NCBI GenBank assembly: GCA_028534125.1
Contig: CM052851.1
Span: 2,542,001-2,606,000 of the forward strand
Direction of reading: 5' to 3'
Source: Lama glama
Lineage: Eukaryota
DNA: 64,000 nt
This document shows, piece after piece, positions 48,766 through 61,860 of this stretch. The position numbers were made by a program, and so were the translations under genes. Within the stretch, counting starts at the first letter, position 1; each line of letters begins with the position of its first letter. The notes under the pieces are model-generated. The model made no database searches and was not told where the DNA came from. It worked only from the letters and a program-made list of their open reading frames with translations.

Positions 48766-48942
48766 GTAATTGAAGTGCAGTTGATTTGCCGTGTTGTGCT
48801 GTTTCTGGCGTTCAGCATAGTGATTCAGTTATACGTATGAATACACACATATTCCTTTTTGTATTCTTTTCCATTATAGGCCATGACAAGGTGTTGAATA
48901 TAGTTCCCTGTGCTGTACAGTAGGACCTTGTTTTTTATTTCA
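48766..48942 (-). mobile_element. 5'-truncated cetartiodactyl-type L1 3' end with TSD
   Basis: TTGAAGTGCAGTTGATT…ATAGTGATTCAGTTATA…GAATATAGTTCCCTGTGCTGTACAGTAGGACCTTG; 13-bp TSD AGAAGGGCT(G/C)TTT at 48753-48765 and 48943-48955. Confidence 0.85.
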
Positions 48943-50119
48943 AGAAGGGCTCTTTTCTGCCTGTCCCAGGACTGGACCTGACCAGCCGGACTTGGGTCGT
49001 GTGTAGGTCCCCCACCCCGGAACCAGTCGCTGTGGCCGGGGGATGGACGTGCTGGTGTGAGTGCCGGGCCTGGGCAGGGCTGCGGGAGGAGGGCATGCCA
49101 AGGACAGCCGGGTGCTTGAGCAGCGAAGGACGGGACAGCTGGGCCCCTGCAGGCTGCAGCCATGGCCACCCCTTTGGCTGGGCAGCCAGAGCGTCTGGGC
49201 TCTTTGACCAGGACAGGAGGCCACTGCCGTGACCCGCCTCTTCCCTGAGACAGGGCAGGGGTGGGTGCTGTCCCCACGTCTCCGGGCAGCTCTGCTCGGA
49301 GCACCGGGGCTCTCGTGGCCCCGCTGTTAAACAGACGCTCCGCTAGTCACGGGGCGAGCAGGCCCTGGGCAAGCCTTCACAGTGGGCGTGGTCGCTTCCG
49401 AAATAGACTGTTTTTGTTATCTTTAGAACATTTAAAAATACAGGCAAATGACTCTGTTAGTCCAACTAGAATCTCAAATATTAATGAGCAACAAAAGAGC
49501 CGGCTTCCAGAGGAGTCACTAGCTGTTCCCTAACGGAACATAAAACAGACACGCAGACTCGTTGTCCTGGCTGCTGATGAATGTGTTTTGTTAAACAACC
49601 GTGGCGGAGTCATGCAGCCTCCCTCCCCCACCCCGACTTCTTTCTTTTACGCCATTTTATTAAAATACACTTGGAGCCTCGCCGCCTTGGTGTGTGCACC
49701 GTTGTCTCCAAGCAGCTGCTCCCGGTTTTAAATACCAGTTTCCACACTCGGGCTCACCCCCAAAATAGAGTTCTGCCAGGTCTGTCTGTCGTTTTGGGTT
49801 CCGACGGGAGGATTTAGGCCTTGGCGTCGCTCTGGGATGTGGGCCCTCTCCTCTCCCCGCTCCCAGTAGCCACGGTGTCCTGCCCCGGTTACCATGGCAA
49901 CCTGGTGATGCTGGTCGCAGCCCTGCCCTCTCCCCCTCCTGGTGCTACAAGATGTGGTGCCACAGCTCTGCCCGCTGCACCTTGCACAGTGGTGGTCTCT
50001 GTGGGCCAGGGCTTTGGAGGGAGGGGAGCAGGAGTCACTCAGACTCTCCTGGGGGTTGGGGGAGGCCAGGGGCTGTGCTTACCCAACCCTGGGCCACCTG
50101 TGTGGATGGCGGTGGGCAG

Positions 50120-50485
50120 GAAAGGGCTGCCGTAACGAGATGCTGCAGACTGGGGGTCTTGAAGGATGGGTGTTTATCACTTGGGGTTCTGGAAGCTGGA
50201 CTCTGAGACCCAGGTGTCGGGAGGGTTGGTTCCTCCCAGCCTCTCTCCTTGGCGAGTAGGCAGCTGTCTTCTCCCCATGTCCTCACGTGGCCTTGACTGT
50301 GGCTGGCGCATTCCCCGTGTCTCCCCCTTTTCTTATAAGGACACCAGTTCTGCTGGATGAGGGTCCACTCTTGTGACCTCATTTGACTTGCATTACCTCC
50401 CTAAAGACTCTCTTTCCAAATGCCTACATATTGGGGGTGGGGGCTTCAATATATGAATCTGGGGGACCCAGTTCGGTCTGTAATG
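50120..50485 (-). mobile_element. MLT1A/B-like solo LTR
   Basis: GGCTGCCGTAAC…TTCTTATAAGGACACCAGT…TGACCTCATTT…CTTCAATATATGAAT. Confidence 0.8.
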
Positions 50486-50971
50486 GTGGCAAAGACTGAT
50501 GGTCATGAGCCGTGCTCTGCTCCACGTGGGACTTTCTGCTGACACCTTCCCCTCCCCCACTTCCTGCTACGCAGCCACATCCCCAGTGGGGCCATTCTGT
50601 CGTCCGAATTGAGGGCAGCCACTCGCTTTCTGTCCCAAGACCATTACCTGGCCAGGCTACACGCTGACCCGCCAGCGTCTGGAAGCCTCTCGGACTCAGC
50701 CCCAGGGCCGTCCTTTCCTCTGGAGCAGGTTTAATCGGTGCACTTGGCGCAAGCCAAGGGGATCGCAGGAGACGGCCTGTAAGTTAGTTTGTAAATACGG
50801 TTTGTAAGGTGAATTGACCAAGGTGTGTTGCCGTCCTGAGGGCAAAGAACCAGAAGGATACAGCTTCTTCACACTAGTGTCCCCTGTATTGGGTGTGGTC
50901 CCTGAAATGGAGCAGGTGCTGAGAAAGTACTTCCAGGATGGACAGGTGGGTGGGTGTGTAAGTAGGTGAGT

Positions 50972-51128
50972 NNNNNNNNNNNNNNNNNNNNNNNNNNNNN
51001 NNNNNNNNNNNNNNNNNNNNNNNNNNNNNNNNNNNNNNNNNNNNNNNNNNNNNNNNNNNNNNNNNNNNNNNNNNNNNNNNNNNNNNNNNNNNNNNNNNNN
51101 NNNNNNNNNNNNNNNNNNNNNNNNNNNN
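50972..51128. other. Assembly gap (preceded by GGAT/GGGT-type repeat start)
   Basis: N run. Confidence 1.
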
Positions 51129-52289
51129 GGTGTCGATGTGCGTTCTCCCTCTCATATACAACTCACCACCATTCCAGTCTTAGAGCCTCTCCCACTTTAA
51201 TCCTCTCCAACACCACTGCATGAGATTTCTTTAAAACTGTGGAGTTTGTGGACAGCAGAGGAGGCAGTGGGGTACTATGAGGCCTAAGAAAACACCAGCA
51301 TCGTGGGCATCCCAGGCCAGGGACTCTTTGGGTCTGGCTCCTGGAAATTGTGTGACTCAGATGCACAGTGGCCCCAGTGCCTGCCTGCCTGCTGTGCCCC
51401 CTACCCCACAATACGAGGAGTGGGACTCCCCTCCCCCTGCAGAGCTGGAGGAGTGGTGCCGCGGCTTGGGCATCCCACTCGGCAATTGGCTGCCCATCCC
51501 CCTTGGGCTCTTGGGGGCCCGGAAGATGGGTGTTGCCCTGCCCAGCGGGAGGTGGAATGAGTGAGCTACTCCCAACGTGTGGAGGTGGCCCCGACCTGCC
51601 ACCTGCCACACTAGTGAGGACGGACCTGCAGCCTCTCCCTGGCACCTGGGCACCCAGTTTGGGGACGGTTAACCAGGCCAGGAGCCCCCATTTAGCTGGG
51701 GCCCGTTCAGGAGCCAAGGACGGCCGCCCGGAGTGAGCCGTGGCTCATTTTGGAGAACAAAAATCATCATATGGTGCTCTGTTATTGAGTTAAGATGTTG
51801 CTTTTGGCTCCTCTGAAATAGACGATAGGAAACAGATCCAGGGATGATGAATAAACATTGGCTTATGGGGCTGCACGCTGGGAAAGATGAAACCTCACGC
51901 TGGCAGATTAAATTTAAGACATGCACATGTAAAGTGGGTATGTAAGGGCCAGCCTCCTGCGCCAGCAAGCCGTGCGGCCGAGGAGAGCACCTGGCAGGGC
52001 GCACCGTGTCCCTCGTCGCCAGCCAGTCGGGCTCTGTGGGCTTGAGGGCACCAGGAGGAGGAGCCCGGGTTCCTCGGGGCAGGAAGTGGTGGCTTAGGCA
52101 CCGTCCACAGACACGCGTCAAGCGTCAACGCTCGTCCTCAGCAGATGCAGCTTCCAGAAGCTGCAAAGTGGGCCATCAAGCGAGGCTGGAAGATCAGGGC
52201 CGGACAGGCAGCCCTCTCCTGCCTCGCTTTACTTCCCTCTGCGATCTGAAGGGCTTCAGGTGTGGCATCCACCTTTCTGTCCCCTTACA

Positions 52290-53095
52290 CTGAGATAGGC
52301 TTGTCATCCAGGAAGATTTACCCGTTTGAAGTGTAGACTTAAGCGGGTTTTAGACTATTCACAAGATTGTGCAAACATCACCACTGTCAAATTCCAGAAC
52401 TTTTCCACCACCCCAGAAAGAGACCTGTGCCATTAGCCGTCACTCCCCACCCCCGCCACCTCTCCCAGCCCCTAGACAGCCGCTGATCTACTTCGTGTCG
52501 CCGTGGATCTGCGCATCCTGGACACCTCATATGAACAGAAGACCACAGCATGTGGTCTTTGGTGACCGGCCCACTTTAGCGTAATATTTCACAGTTCATC
52601 CGTGCTGTGCATAGCGCATGTCAATGTCATTTCTTCTTCAGGCTGAATAACATTTCCTTGTAAATAGAGACAGTGTTTTGTTTATCCGTTCATCAGTTGA
52701 TGGACAGTTTCTACTTCGGCTTTTGCACCTGGTTCTGCTGCGAATATTTGTGCACAAGTTTTTGTTTGTATGCTTGTGTTCTCTTCTTTGGGGCACACAC
52801 TTAGGAGCAGAGTTGCTGGGTCACGTGGTAACTCTGTGTTTCACCTTTTGAGGAAATGTCAGGCTGTTTTCCATTTTCCGTTCCCACCAGCAGTGTAGGA
52901 GAGAGCAGATTTCTCCACGTTCTTTGCAACACCTGTTTTCTGGGGCTTTGATAATAGCCATCCTGGGGGGTGTGAGGTGGTGTCTCACTGTGGCTTTAAT
53001 TTGCGTTTTCCTGATGACCCGGGATGTTGGGCATCTTTTCATGTGCTTACTGGCCACGTGTGTATAACCTTTGGAGAGGCGTTCACTTTTTAAAT
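52290..53095 (-). mobile_element. L1MB-like 3' end
   Basis: TTCACAAGATTGTGCAAACATCACCAC…GGCTGAATAA…TTCCCACCAGCAGTGT…TAGCCATCCT…CATCTTTTCATGTGCTTA. Confidence 0.85.
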
Positions 53096-56000
53096 TACCC
53101 GTCATGTCTGGTCCTGCAGGGAGTTTGGAAAATACAGAAAGGAATAAAGAAAATAAAAAGCATCCACAGTCCTGCCCCACGGTGATAATCCCCTCCCAGG
53201 TCTCGGTCCTGCTTGGAGTGTAAATGCAGAGCAAGGAGAACTGAAGGCATCTGTTTAAACTGTGGATCCTACTTACTTTCCTTCCCAAGTAACAAAGGAC
53301 ATCGTGTCATGGGTTGAAAATATTCTTCCAGAACACCATTTCCAGTGGCTCTGCAGGCTGTCGTGGCTGGGCCACGGATGCTCCACGTCCGTCAGCGATG
53401 TCATTGTTGTGACATTGACACGACACTGGCCCTCCTGCCCTTCTGTCTTGTGACTCCGCACTTGTCCCTATGTTTTGCTATTGCAAGTAGAACTTCCACG
53501 AGCAGCCTTTCGATTTAAAAGCTCCGTGTCCATCTCCTCGGGGTGCTTCTTCAGTCAACTTGCCCCAGGTCCTTTGCACAGCACAGAGCCACCTCTTTTC
53601 TGTTTTCAGCCCTAGAACTGTGCTGACTTCCAGGACTGAAGTCTGGCTGCCTCCATCGGGGGTTCTAGATGGTCCTCTCCTCTGCAGCTCCCTAAAAACA
53701 GGACCTGCCCACAGCCCTCGGGGCAGGGAACCTGGGGACATGCAATACACTTTTTCTCCGGTCACCAGGGATTGGCTTCATGGTCCAGCGACACCCGCTG
53801 TTGCATGGGGCCCGCACTTCTTTAAAGCTCTGAAGTCGCCGTTCTGGAATTCTTGATCATTTGTAAGCAAGGTTCTCCGCCCCCTGTTTCATTTTGCACT
53901 GAGTCCTGAAACTTCAAAGCGGCTCTGCCGACTTGGAGGTGCCGCCCCGGGGCTCCACCTTGTGCTAGAAGGCAGGCATTTGTACTCAATACTTCTAAGA
54001 ACATTGTCGTCTTTAAACAAAGGTGCTTTGTTTTGAAAGCTCCAGGGCTTCCTAATTCCTGATGGCACAGACTGGGTTGCATTGGGAATTTTGCCTGCAG
54101 CTCAGCTGGGAGCTGGGATTCGGCCCCAGAAGTATGCATTACGGATCCATCCTCCAACCCTGGAGGACAGGGCTCTAAACTCCGGCAGCAGCCGTGCAGA
54201 CCTGCACCACAGGCCTCCAGCAGAGGTGGCCGTGGAGTGGCTTCCTCTCCCCACCAAGGCTGCAGAAGCCCGACGGGCCTCCGGTGCCCCCCTGCGGCGG
54301 GAGCCCCTGCCTCCGGGTTGTTTAGATTACAGATTTGTTTTAGAAATAATGCCAAAGGCAGCCGGATCCCCCCGGAGTGTGGTCCAACTCGGCACAGCTG
54401 TTAACCGTGGCGGATGTGCCCCAGCGGCCCCTGCTTATTTAGCCAAGATGCAAATGTGTCCTTCACCGGAATCCAGAAGGTTCTAACTGTGCACTCCGTG
54501 AGTGTGCAGAGGAGCTGCCCCGGGCTTCTCCGTGGGGCCCGGCGTTCCCTGGGCTGAGCACCTTCCTTGGTCAGGTGTCTGGGGCCTGTGGCCACGGAGC
54601 GCTCCAGCCTCCGTGTCCCTGACCAGTGCCCTCTGCCTGCGGGCAGCCACGTCCCTCCCCCCTTCCTCTCAGGACCAGTGGAGGGGCCTGCAAGCCTGTT
54701 AACCCTCGGAGCACAGTGTGGGGAGGAGGGACTGAGCTCGGAGCAGGGAGGACTCTGCGGGAGCCTTTTTCAAGGTGGGGGGCCGCCTTCCCGTGAAGTC
54801 CGGGTCACTTTCCCCATCAGCCCAGTGCTTCTCATTTGCTGGAGGTTCTCCCAGTGTCTCCTACAGGACAGAGGGATCCCACCCAGAGCCCATGTTACAC
54901 ATGGAGACCCTGGGGGTGGAATGACTTCCTGGCAGTCACGCTGGGACCCGGGTTCACTGGCCTTCTGTGCACAGCGACATCCATCCAGACGGGTCTTTCG
55001 GGGCCAGCGGAGGCCTCAGAGATGATGTAGCCGCCAGCTGACTTCCGCAGGGCCTGACCATGACTTTGACAGGCTGTGAAAGTTCCCGCCCCAGCGATTG
55101 GTCAGCAGACACGTAAGGAGAGCCAGGCTGTCGTGGTGTCAGCAGTCGCCCCTGAGGGCCCCCCGAGCCTGCATTGCGTGTCCTTTAATTTTGTTACTGG
55201 AACCAGGACTGGGCTGGTGGCTCCGTTTCCAAGAAGGACATCCAGGGAAGAGAGGAGAGATGACCAAGGTCTGAGTCCCGCATCCAGGAGACTAGAGCTT
55301 TCTCTGCCCTGGACCAGAGATCGATCTGACCCGGACTCCTGGCCGGAAGGATTCTCCCCTTCCCCTACTGCGGGCTGCCCAGCAGAGGAGGGGGCTCGGG
55401 GTACGTCCCCAGCTGCTGGGACAGGCCATCCAGAGGTCACCCCCTCACCATGGTCCCCTCCAGGCCTGCGGCGGGTGGGAGGTGCCTCCAGCCTCCCGGG
55501 TCTGCGGCCCCCGTGCGTGTTGGCGCCTTTCCCACTGGCAGAGTCAGAGCACTGGGCGGTGGTGGGGGGTCACAGAGCTCCCTGAGGGTCAGAGAAGAGC
55601 TGCATGCACTCATGCACACGGGCACACGTGCTCGCGCGCACATGCGCACCGCAGCTCCGTGTGCTCCTTCGGAAGCTCAGGTAAATGAGCGGCTCCCATC
55701 GCTTCGGGGCCGCACTCTGTCCTCGAGCCCCGGCTCGGAGACAGCCCAGGGGGGCCTGGCCGACTTCTTGTTCCTGAAGCTCCCGCTTTGCTCGTGGATG
55801 CTCCTAGAAGGAGTCTCACTGCCGGCGTGACCGCATCGTTTGTCATCCAAACGGGGACACTCCCGAGGGCCAGGGAGGGCAGCTGGCATCCCCAGCCGGC
55901 GGCCGAGGGAACCAGGGCTGTCCTACTTACGGGAGCAGCAGGTGTGAGGACGTGCCTCCTCCGTTCCGGGAAACCGGAGCCAGAGCATGCGGGCCGGTCA

Positions 56001-58089
56001 CTCACTCGTTCATTCATTCGCCCTGACACCCTCTCAGTGGCAGACGCCTAGGGTGTGGGGACTGGGTCCCGGGGAGCCCTCCCCTGGCTTGCAGAGGAGA
56101 AGAGGGACCACTTACCAGCATGAACAGAGCCCCGTGGGACGACCCCGATGCTGACAGCCAGCCGCTCGAGAGACTTCGGGGCGCCCATGTCAGAGCGGCT
56201 TCTGGGAAAGGCGGGGCCGCTGCTTTGCCTCCCCGACACTCCAGGCGCTCGGCACCCTCTCCTCCAACACTGGGGACCTGCCTGCAGACACTCGGCAGTG
56301 TTGCGATGAGTCCGGGTTCTGGGGCCTTGCTCAGCTGAGGGGGGCCAGGTCTATCACGTTTGGACTCGTGTCCACTGACCCTTTGTGCCTGAGGGTGACA
56401 CTAGTGACACTCCCATCCTCAGGGTCTGTTGGCCGGGCGCTCCCCGCAGGGGCAGAGCTGCTTGGGTGTCCGTGGCTCTGCTCTAGCGTGGCTGAGGTTA
56501 TCTGCCCTCTGCTCAATCCCCCACCTGCAGACGATTGTTGTGGCCACTGCGCTGGGCCTGGGGAGAACTCAGATGCCCGTAAAAGCACCCGGCATCTCCT
56601 CCTGGAGCAGGCGGCCCCAGTTCATTGCTGCACGACGGTCAGGGTCCAACCGCAAGGTGGCCTCCCAGGTCCAGAGTGACCTGCTGAGAGCGGGGTGCCC
56701 ACTGCATCCCGCTGTGAGGTCCAGCCTCGTGCTGCATGTGGGGAAAGGCACCTGGAGCCACAGGGATGGGAGAATCAGGGCCAGCCAGCCGGGGCTGGGC
56801 AGCCACCCTGTGGCCGGGTTTGCCCCGCGGGCAGTAAGGAGCGTGAAGCTTTCTCCTCAAGGCCCAGCTTGGGGACCCAGTGCCCCGGGCTCTGCCCCTC
56901 TGCGCATGCTCTTCCTCCTGGCCAACTCTGCTTCTCCGTCAAGCGTGGTCCAGGGGCTGCCTCCTCCTGGAAGCTCTCCCTGCCTCTCCTCAGCACCCGC
57001 TGGAGGAACACACTGCGCTGCATTTGGTTGTCTGCTCTTTGCGGTCAGCGAGCCCCGCATGGAGGGCCAGGTACAGGCACTCGGTGATAAGAGTGGCGAG
57101 TGAAAGAGGCCCAGGGGGCAGGGGGAGCCCGCCCCCACCCCCGCCTCAGCGGCTCAAATGCCACTCCTACCGCCTCCGCCGCCGCCGCCTCCCCCTCCCC
57201 CTCCCCCTCCCGTCCGAGCTGCCCCCTTTCTCCTGAGCCCTGCTCTCCGCCCAGGAAGCTGCCCCTTTGCTTTGTTTGTTGAGTCAATCAGGAGCGCAAT
57301 GTGGTGTCCGCCAACTCCTGAAATGCTAGGGGCCTCTCTCCTGCAGAGAACAGCCCCTCCCCTGGAGCAGGCTTCTGAGAAGGGCCTGTTCTGGGACCCA
57401 GGGGCCTGTCCCCCTCCTGCCTGCACCCCCCCGGGGAGCCCCAAAGCTCTGCCCACACATTCTGTTCCCCTGCTGTTCCTGGCTCCAGTGTGTGTCCCAC
57501 TCAGCTCGCGCCTTCCCAGCCTCCGATCTCAGATCAGACACCGTGGCGAGGGCCCACCCCAGCCTCCTCTTTGTGGCATGAAACTCCTTGGCTTGGTGAG
57601 AGTCTATCTGTTCCCGCTGTGTCCCCCATGGGACAGCAGGCCCTTATCCGCCTCTCTCGCTGTTCTATCACTGGTTTGGGGTCTGATGCAGAGCCTGGGC
57701 TGGGTCAACACCAGCTCCCTGAGTGACTCCACCGATTAGGCGTGGCCCCTGCGCTTACAGATGGGCAAGGAGCTCACTGCCACCCGAAGCTCCACCCATC
57801 GTCCCTTCTGATGCCGCAACGGCCCCAGATGTGTGACCATGTCTGTTTTACAAGGCAGGAAGCCAGGGCTCCCGGAAGCGCCGCATCTTTCTTGGGACCA
57901 CCCAGCCAGCACGTGGCCGCACTGGGGCTGAGCCGGGCTCGTGTGTCTCGTTTCCACCGCTGGACACCGCGTCTCCGCCCCGGGCCCTGCAGCATCAACA
58001 GGAGAGACCCGGACGGCCCGAGGCAGTGACCCGAGGGAGTAGGGGCTCGGGAGGAGGCAGTGGTGGCCAAGGGGAGAATGTTCTGGAAT

Positions 58090-58650
58090 CTTTTTTTTTT
58101 AGGATTTGTTGAAGTGAAACTCACATAATGTAAAATTAAACACTTTAAATCGAACAGTTCAGTGGCATTTAGATACCCACCCATTTGTGCAACGCTCACC
58201 ACCATCTAATTCGAGAAGCTTTTCATCGCCCCGCTAATCTGCTTTCTGCCTCTAGAGCTTTCCTTCTTCTGTGCGTTCGTGTCAGCGGCGCCGTGTAGCA
58301 GGCGGTCCTTTGAGCGTGTTTCTTTTCACGTAGCGTAATGTTTTTAACGTTCATCTGTGTTGTAGAGTGCACCAGTGCTTCACTCCTTTTGAGGCCCAGC
58401 AGCATCCCATTGCATGTATTTGCCGCGTTTCGCTCATCCGTCCATCCGTTCATCGATGAACGTTCTGGTTGCTTCTACTCTGGGCTGTCGTGAGCAAGGC
58501 TGCTGTGTATGAACATGTATGTAAAAGCATCTGGTTGAGCCCCACTTCCCAGTTCTTTGGAGTAACCCACCTCGGAGGGGGATTGCTGGATCGTAGGGTA
58601 ATTCTGTGTTTCACTTTTCGAGGACCTGCCAGACTTTTCCACACTCTGGA
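58090..58650 (-). mobile_element. L1MB-like 3' end
   Basis: Poly-T, CTCACATAATGTAAAATTAA…CAGTTCAGTGGCATTTAG…GATTGCTGGATCGTAGGGTAATTCTGTGTTT…CTGCCAGAC. Confidence 0.82.
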
Positions 58651-59022
58651 CTCTTGACCCTGCAGACTGAGGCCCGTGTGGCCACAGCTTACACAAGGGG
58701 CCTCCTGAGCTGGGGCAGGAGCGTGGACTGGAAGTCCCAGCATCCCCGAGGCCGGCACGTGACTCACGCAGCCCCGCTCCCAGGCGGACACGTGCTGGAA
58801 CACGTCCCCGCATCCGTGTCCCGTCCCCCGACTGAGCACTGCTCCCTAGGGCAGGGACGGACCGCCCCCATGACTCCCGCCGGCACGCAGTAGGCCCACC
58901 ACAAACGCCTGCCACGTCGGAGCTCGCAGCACGGACCGCAGTTTGAGAGAGCTCATTATTTTCTCATGAGTGTTAACCAGCCCGAAACAGATTTAGAATT
59001 CAGTGTGGTTAAAAAATCATCA

Positions 59023-59178
59023 NNNNNNNNNNNNNNNNNNNNNNNNNNNNNNNNNNNNNNNNNNNNNNNNNNNNNNNNNNNNNNNNNNNNNNNNNNNNNN
59101 NNNNNNNNNNNNNNNNNNNNNNNNNNNNNNNNNNNNNNNNNNNNNNNNNNNNNNNNNNNNNNNNNNNNNNNNNNNNNN
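59023..59178. other. Assembly gap
   Basis: N run. Confidence 1.
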
Positions 59179-59529
59179 CAGGTACATTTGAGTAAGTGTG
59201 GAGCATCCCCTGCCTGTGGGAGCAGCACGGGCCCGGCTGCCCCAGATGCTCCCTAGGCACTTATTTCCACGTGCAGGCGCTGTGGTCTGATTAAACCCTT
59301 GACGGACACCCATCTGAGAGAGAGTGATTGCTTGGGAGTCAGAACTATTGTAGTGATTTAAAGCAGGGCCTGGAGATGTGTAAGGGAGACTTTACTGGAG
59401 AACTTTCATAAATAGGATGCTTTGAATGCTTTGTAAAAATCCAGACATTCGTGTCTTGAGAGAAGAGACCTCCCTCACCCTCGGCTGGGGCATCAAGACC
59501 GCTGCCCCAAGTGACAGGAGAACGCAAAC

Positions 59530-59900
59530 CACAGCTTACATGAGGCAGAGGTTTGTTTCTCTGTCATGTTAGAGGAGACGGAAGAAGATGGTCCAGCGCT
59601 GGAGTGAGGGCTCCAGGCTCATGAGGACCTAAGCTTTTCCTTTTTTGCTGCTCCGTCATTCTTAACAGGCTGCCTCGTGGTTCCGGGTGGCTGCTTAGAC
59701 TCCACCCATCACATCCATGTTCCAGCAGAGGGAAGGAGAAGAAACAAAACCACACTCCCTCATTTTAAGGACATGTGAAGTGCCCACTATTCTTCCAACT
59801 ATTGGCCATAACAGAACCTCAAGGAAGGCTGAGAGCTGTAGCCTTGATCCCAAACAACCTGCTATTGAGGAAAAAGTGGAGAATTGGTGTTGGGGTAGGC
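59530..59900 (-). mobile_element. Old MLT1 (J/K-like) LTR fragment
   Basis: GGTGGCTGCTTAGACTCCACCCATCACATCCATGTTCCAG…ATTGGCCA…AAGGAAGGCTGAGA; parallels 6250-6585. Confidence 0.55.
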
Positions 59901-60309
59901 AGCTGGCCACTTTGCCATAGTACATCCTAAGGAACAGCCTTCTTCCCATTTCCACGGTGCGTACTTCATCTGGATAGCCTCTCCCTCCACCTCCACCGCC
60001 ACCACCCCATCCTCATCCAGAGCAGCTGGGGATGTGAGGCACAGGACATCGTCTGAGTAAAGGTTTGGAATGCTTTAAGCAAGGAAACAAAATTTATTTC
60101 ACACAAGGGAAACTGAAGCTTGGAGAGTGGAAGGGTCTTGCCTGAGATGACTTAGTGCCTGCACACTTGTGTCAGCCACCCTGGGGTTCCTGGCTGGGAG
60201 TCCCAAAGTCCCGTCAGCCCCATTCTCACCTTCTTCTGAAATCCTGGACCTCTTCCTAGGTCAGAACCTGTGTCCTGAAGCAAGGAATATTACCTCTCAT
60301 CTCCGTCAG

Positions 60310-60720
60310 ACCTCTTGGTTACAAATGATAAAAATCTAGCTCAACCTGACTGAGGCCAGAAAGGGAGTTTAATGACTTTAAAGTTCAGGCATAAGAGCTT
60401 CAGGTGTGGCTGGATCCAGGTGCTCAGAGAGCATCAGGATGCTCTCTTTCCATCTCTTCTCTGTGGTGTCCTCTGCATGAATTTTGCTCTCTGGAAGGCT
60501 CTCCCCAGACCACGTGGAGATAGCCACCAGCAGCACCAGGTTAAGCTTCAACTATTTTAGCCGTCATGGGAAGAAGAGGGTGCCTCTTTCCCAGTCATAA
60601 AATGAGAAGATTCAGGACTGAGTCTCGATGAACTGTTGTAAATCATGTGACCAAGGGAGTAGGATGGACCCGTTGACCATACCAGGATCCCCTGCCCATC
60701 CTCCGAGGGGACAGGTCACA
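60310..60720 (-). mobile_element. Old MLT1 (K/L-like) LTR fragment
   Basis: TTGGTTACAAATGA…AGCTTCAGGTGTGGCTGGATCCAGG. Confidence 0.5.
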
Positions 60721-61759
60721 GCATATACCCCGAACTTGGGCCAAGTGTGTTTCCCCAGAAGCAGGAAATGGACACTGGCAGGCCGAGCACACCCTCCCTT
60801 CTAGCCCTGCTCCTGCAGCCGATTCCTGCGAATGGCGAGCTGAGGGAAGGAAACTTTTACTTGTGGGTCACACAGTCCCAATTAGCTCCATGCAGTTTAA
60901 TGTGGTGATACCATTTCATGCCAGCCAGCATTTAACTTTAATATGTTCATCACTTTTAAAAAGCAGTTTAATAATGTGGGTGATGTGAAGCCACACCCAT
61001 CTGGGGAGGGTAGCAGGGGGCTCAGACAGCCGAGCATCCCTTCTGAGTTAGCGTGTTTTTGCTGGTCCCTCAGGCTGACTCGGGTCCCCGGCCATGCCCA
61101 GGCCTCTCTGGCCTCACTGGGTGTGATTCTGGTGGGAAACACACAGTCCTGTCCTAGTGCCTCCTTCCGAGTCCTCTATCACAGGAAGCCCTCGTGCATC
61201 AGGCGGGGTGGCCTGTGTGACCCGGCAGGCGGAACTGTCACAGCCAGGCGTGCCGCGCTGTCCGGTCACTCGGAGCTCTGTGTGCATCGCTGGTGTGGAT
61301 CTCGCTGACCTGAAAGCACATGCTGTCCCCCCACGCGGCTGACCGCTGGGGCGCAGCACGGGAGCCGTGGGTGGGGCACGGGACCACACTGAGCCCGACA
61401 TGTCCTGAGTGGCCCCCGGGCGCCGGGAGGTACGTGGAGCCGTAAGAACATCTGATTTCTTCTGCACCGGCTGGGACCAGGGCGAGCACTGTCCCCACAT
61501 CCTCAGGACAGTCTGTCCAGATCCCTGGGCTCCAGGTCTCCCTGACCTTCTCTGCCTCTGTTTCCCCCTCAGCACCACATGGACAACAAGTCTTCTCACA
61601 CAGTCTAGTCCCGAGGATGATTAAACAACCCAGCAGTTAAAATGCTCTTATGGCTTCGGCACATAATAGGTGCTCAGTAAACTGTGTCCCTTAGGATTTA
61701 TTGTTTTGGTGGCAGTTGTAGCTCAGGCCCGCCCTCGAAGGTCACTGGTTTCTCGGTAT

Positions 61760-61860
61760 TCTCTGCATGAAGAGACGGGGCTCAAAGAGGTTAAGTGACT
61801 TGCTCCAGGTCACACAGCCAGTGAGCGGTGGGCGGAGGCGGAGCTTGCGTCCAGAGCCCG
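61760..61860 (-). mobile_element. MIR
   Basis: GGCTCAAAGAGGTTAAGTGACTTGCTCCAGGTCACACAGC. Confidence 0.7.

Noticed and set aside
57158-57739. Poly-proline ORF as the SHANK2 proline-rich region
   Set aside because: It derives from GCC/CCCCCT simple repeats, has no Shank motifs, and the PDZ exons would have to come first.
7525-58650. Inverted L1 3' ends driving circRNA or dsRNA formation
   Set aside because: The copies are old and visibly too diverged for stable pairing.
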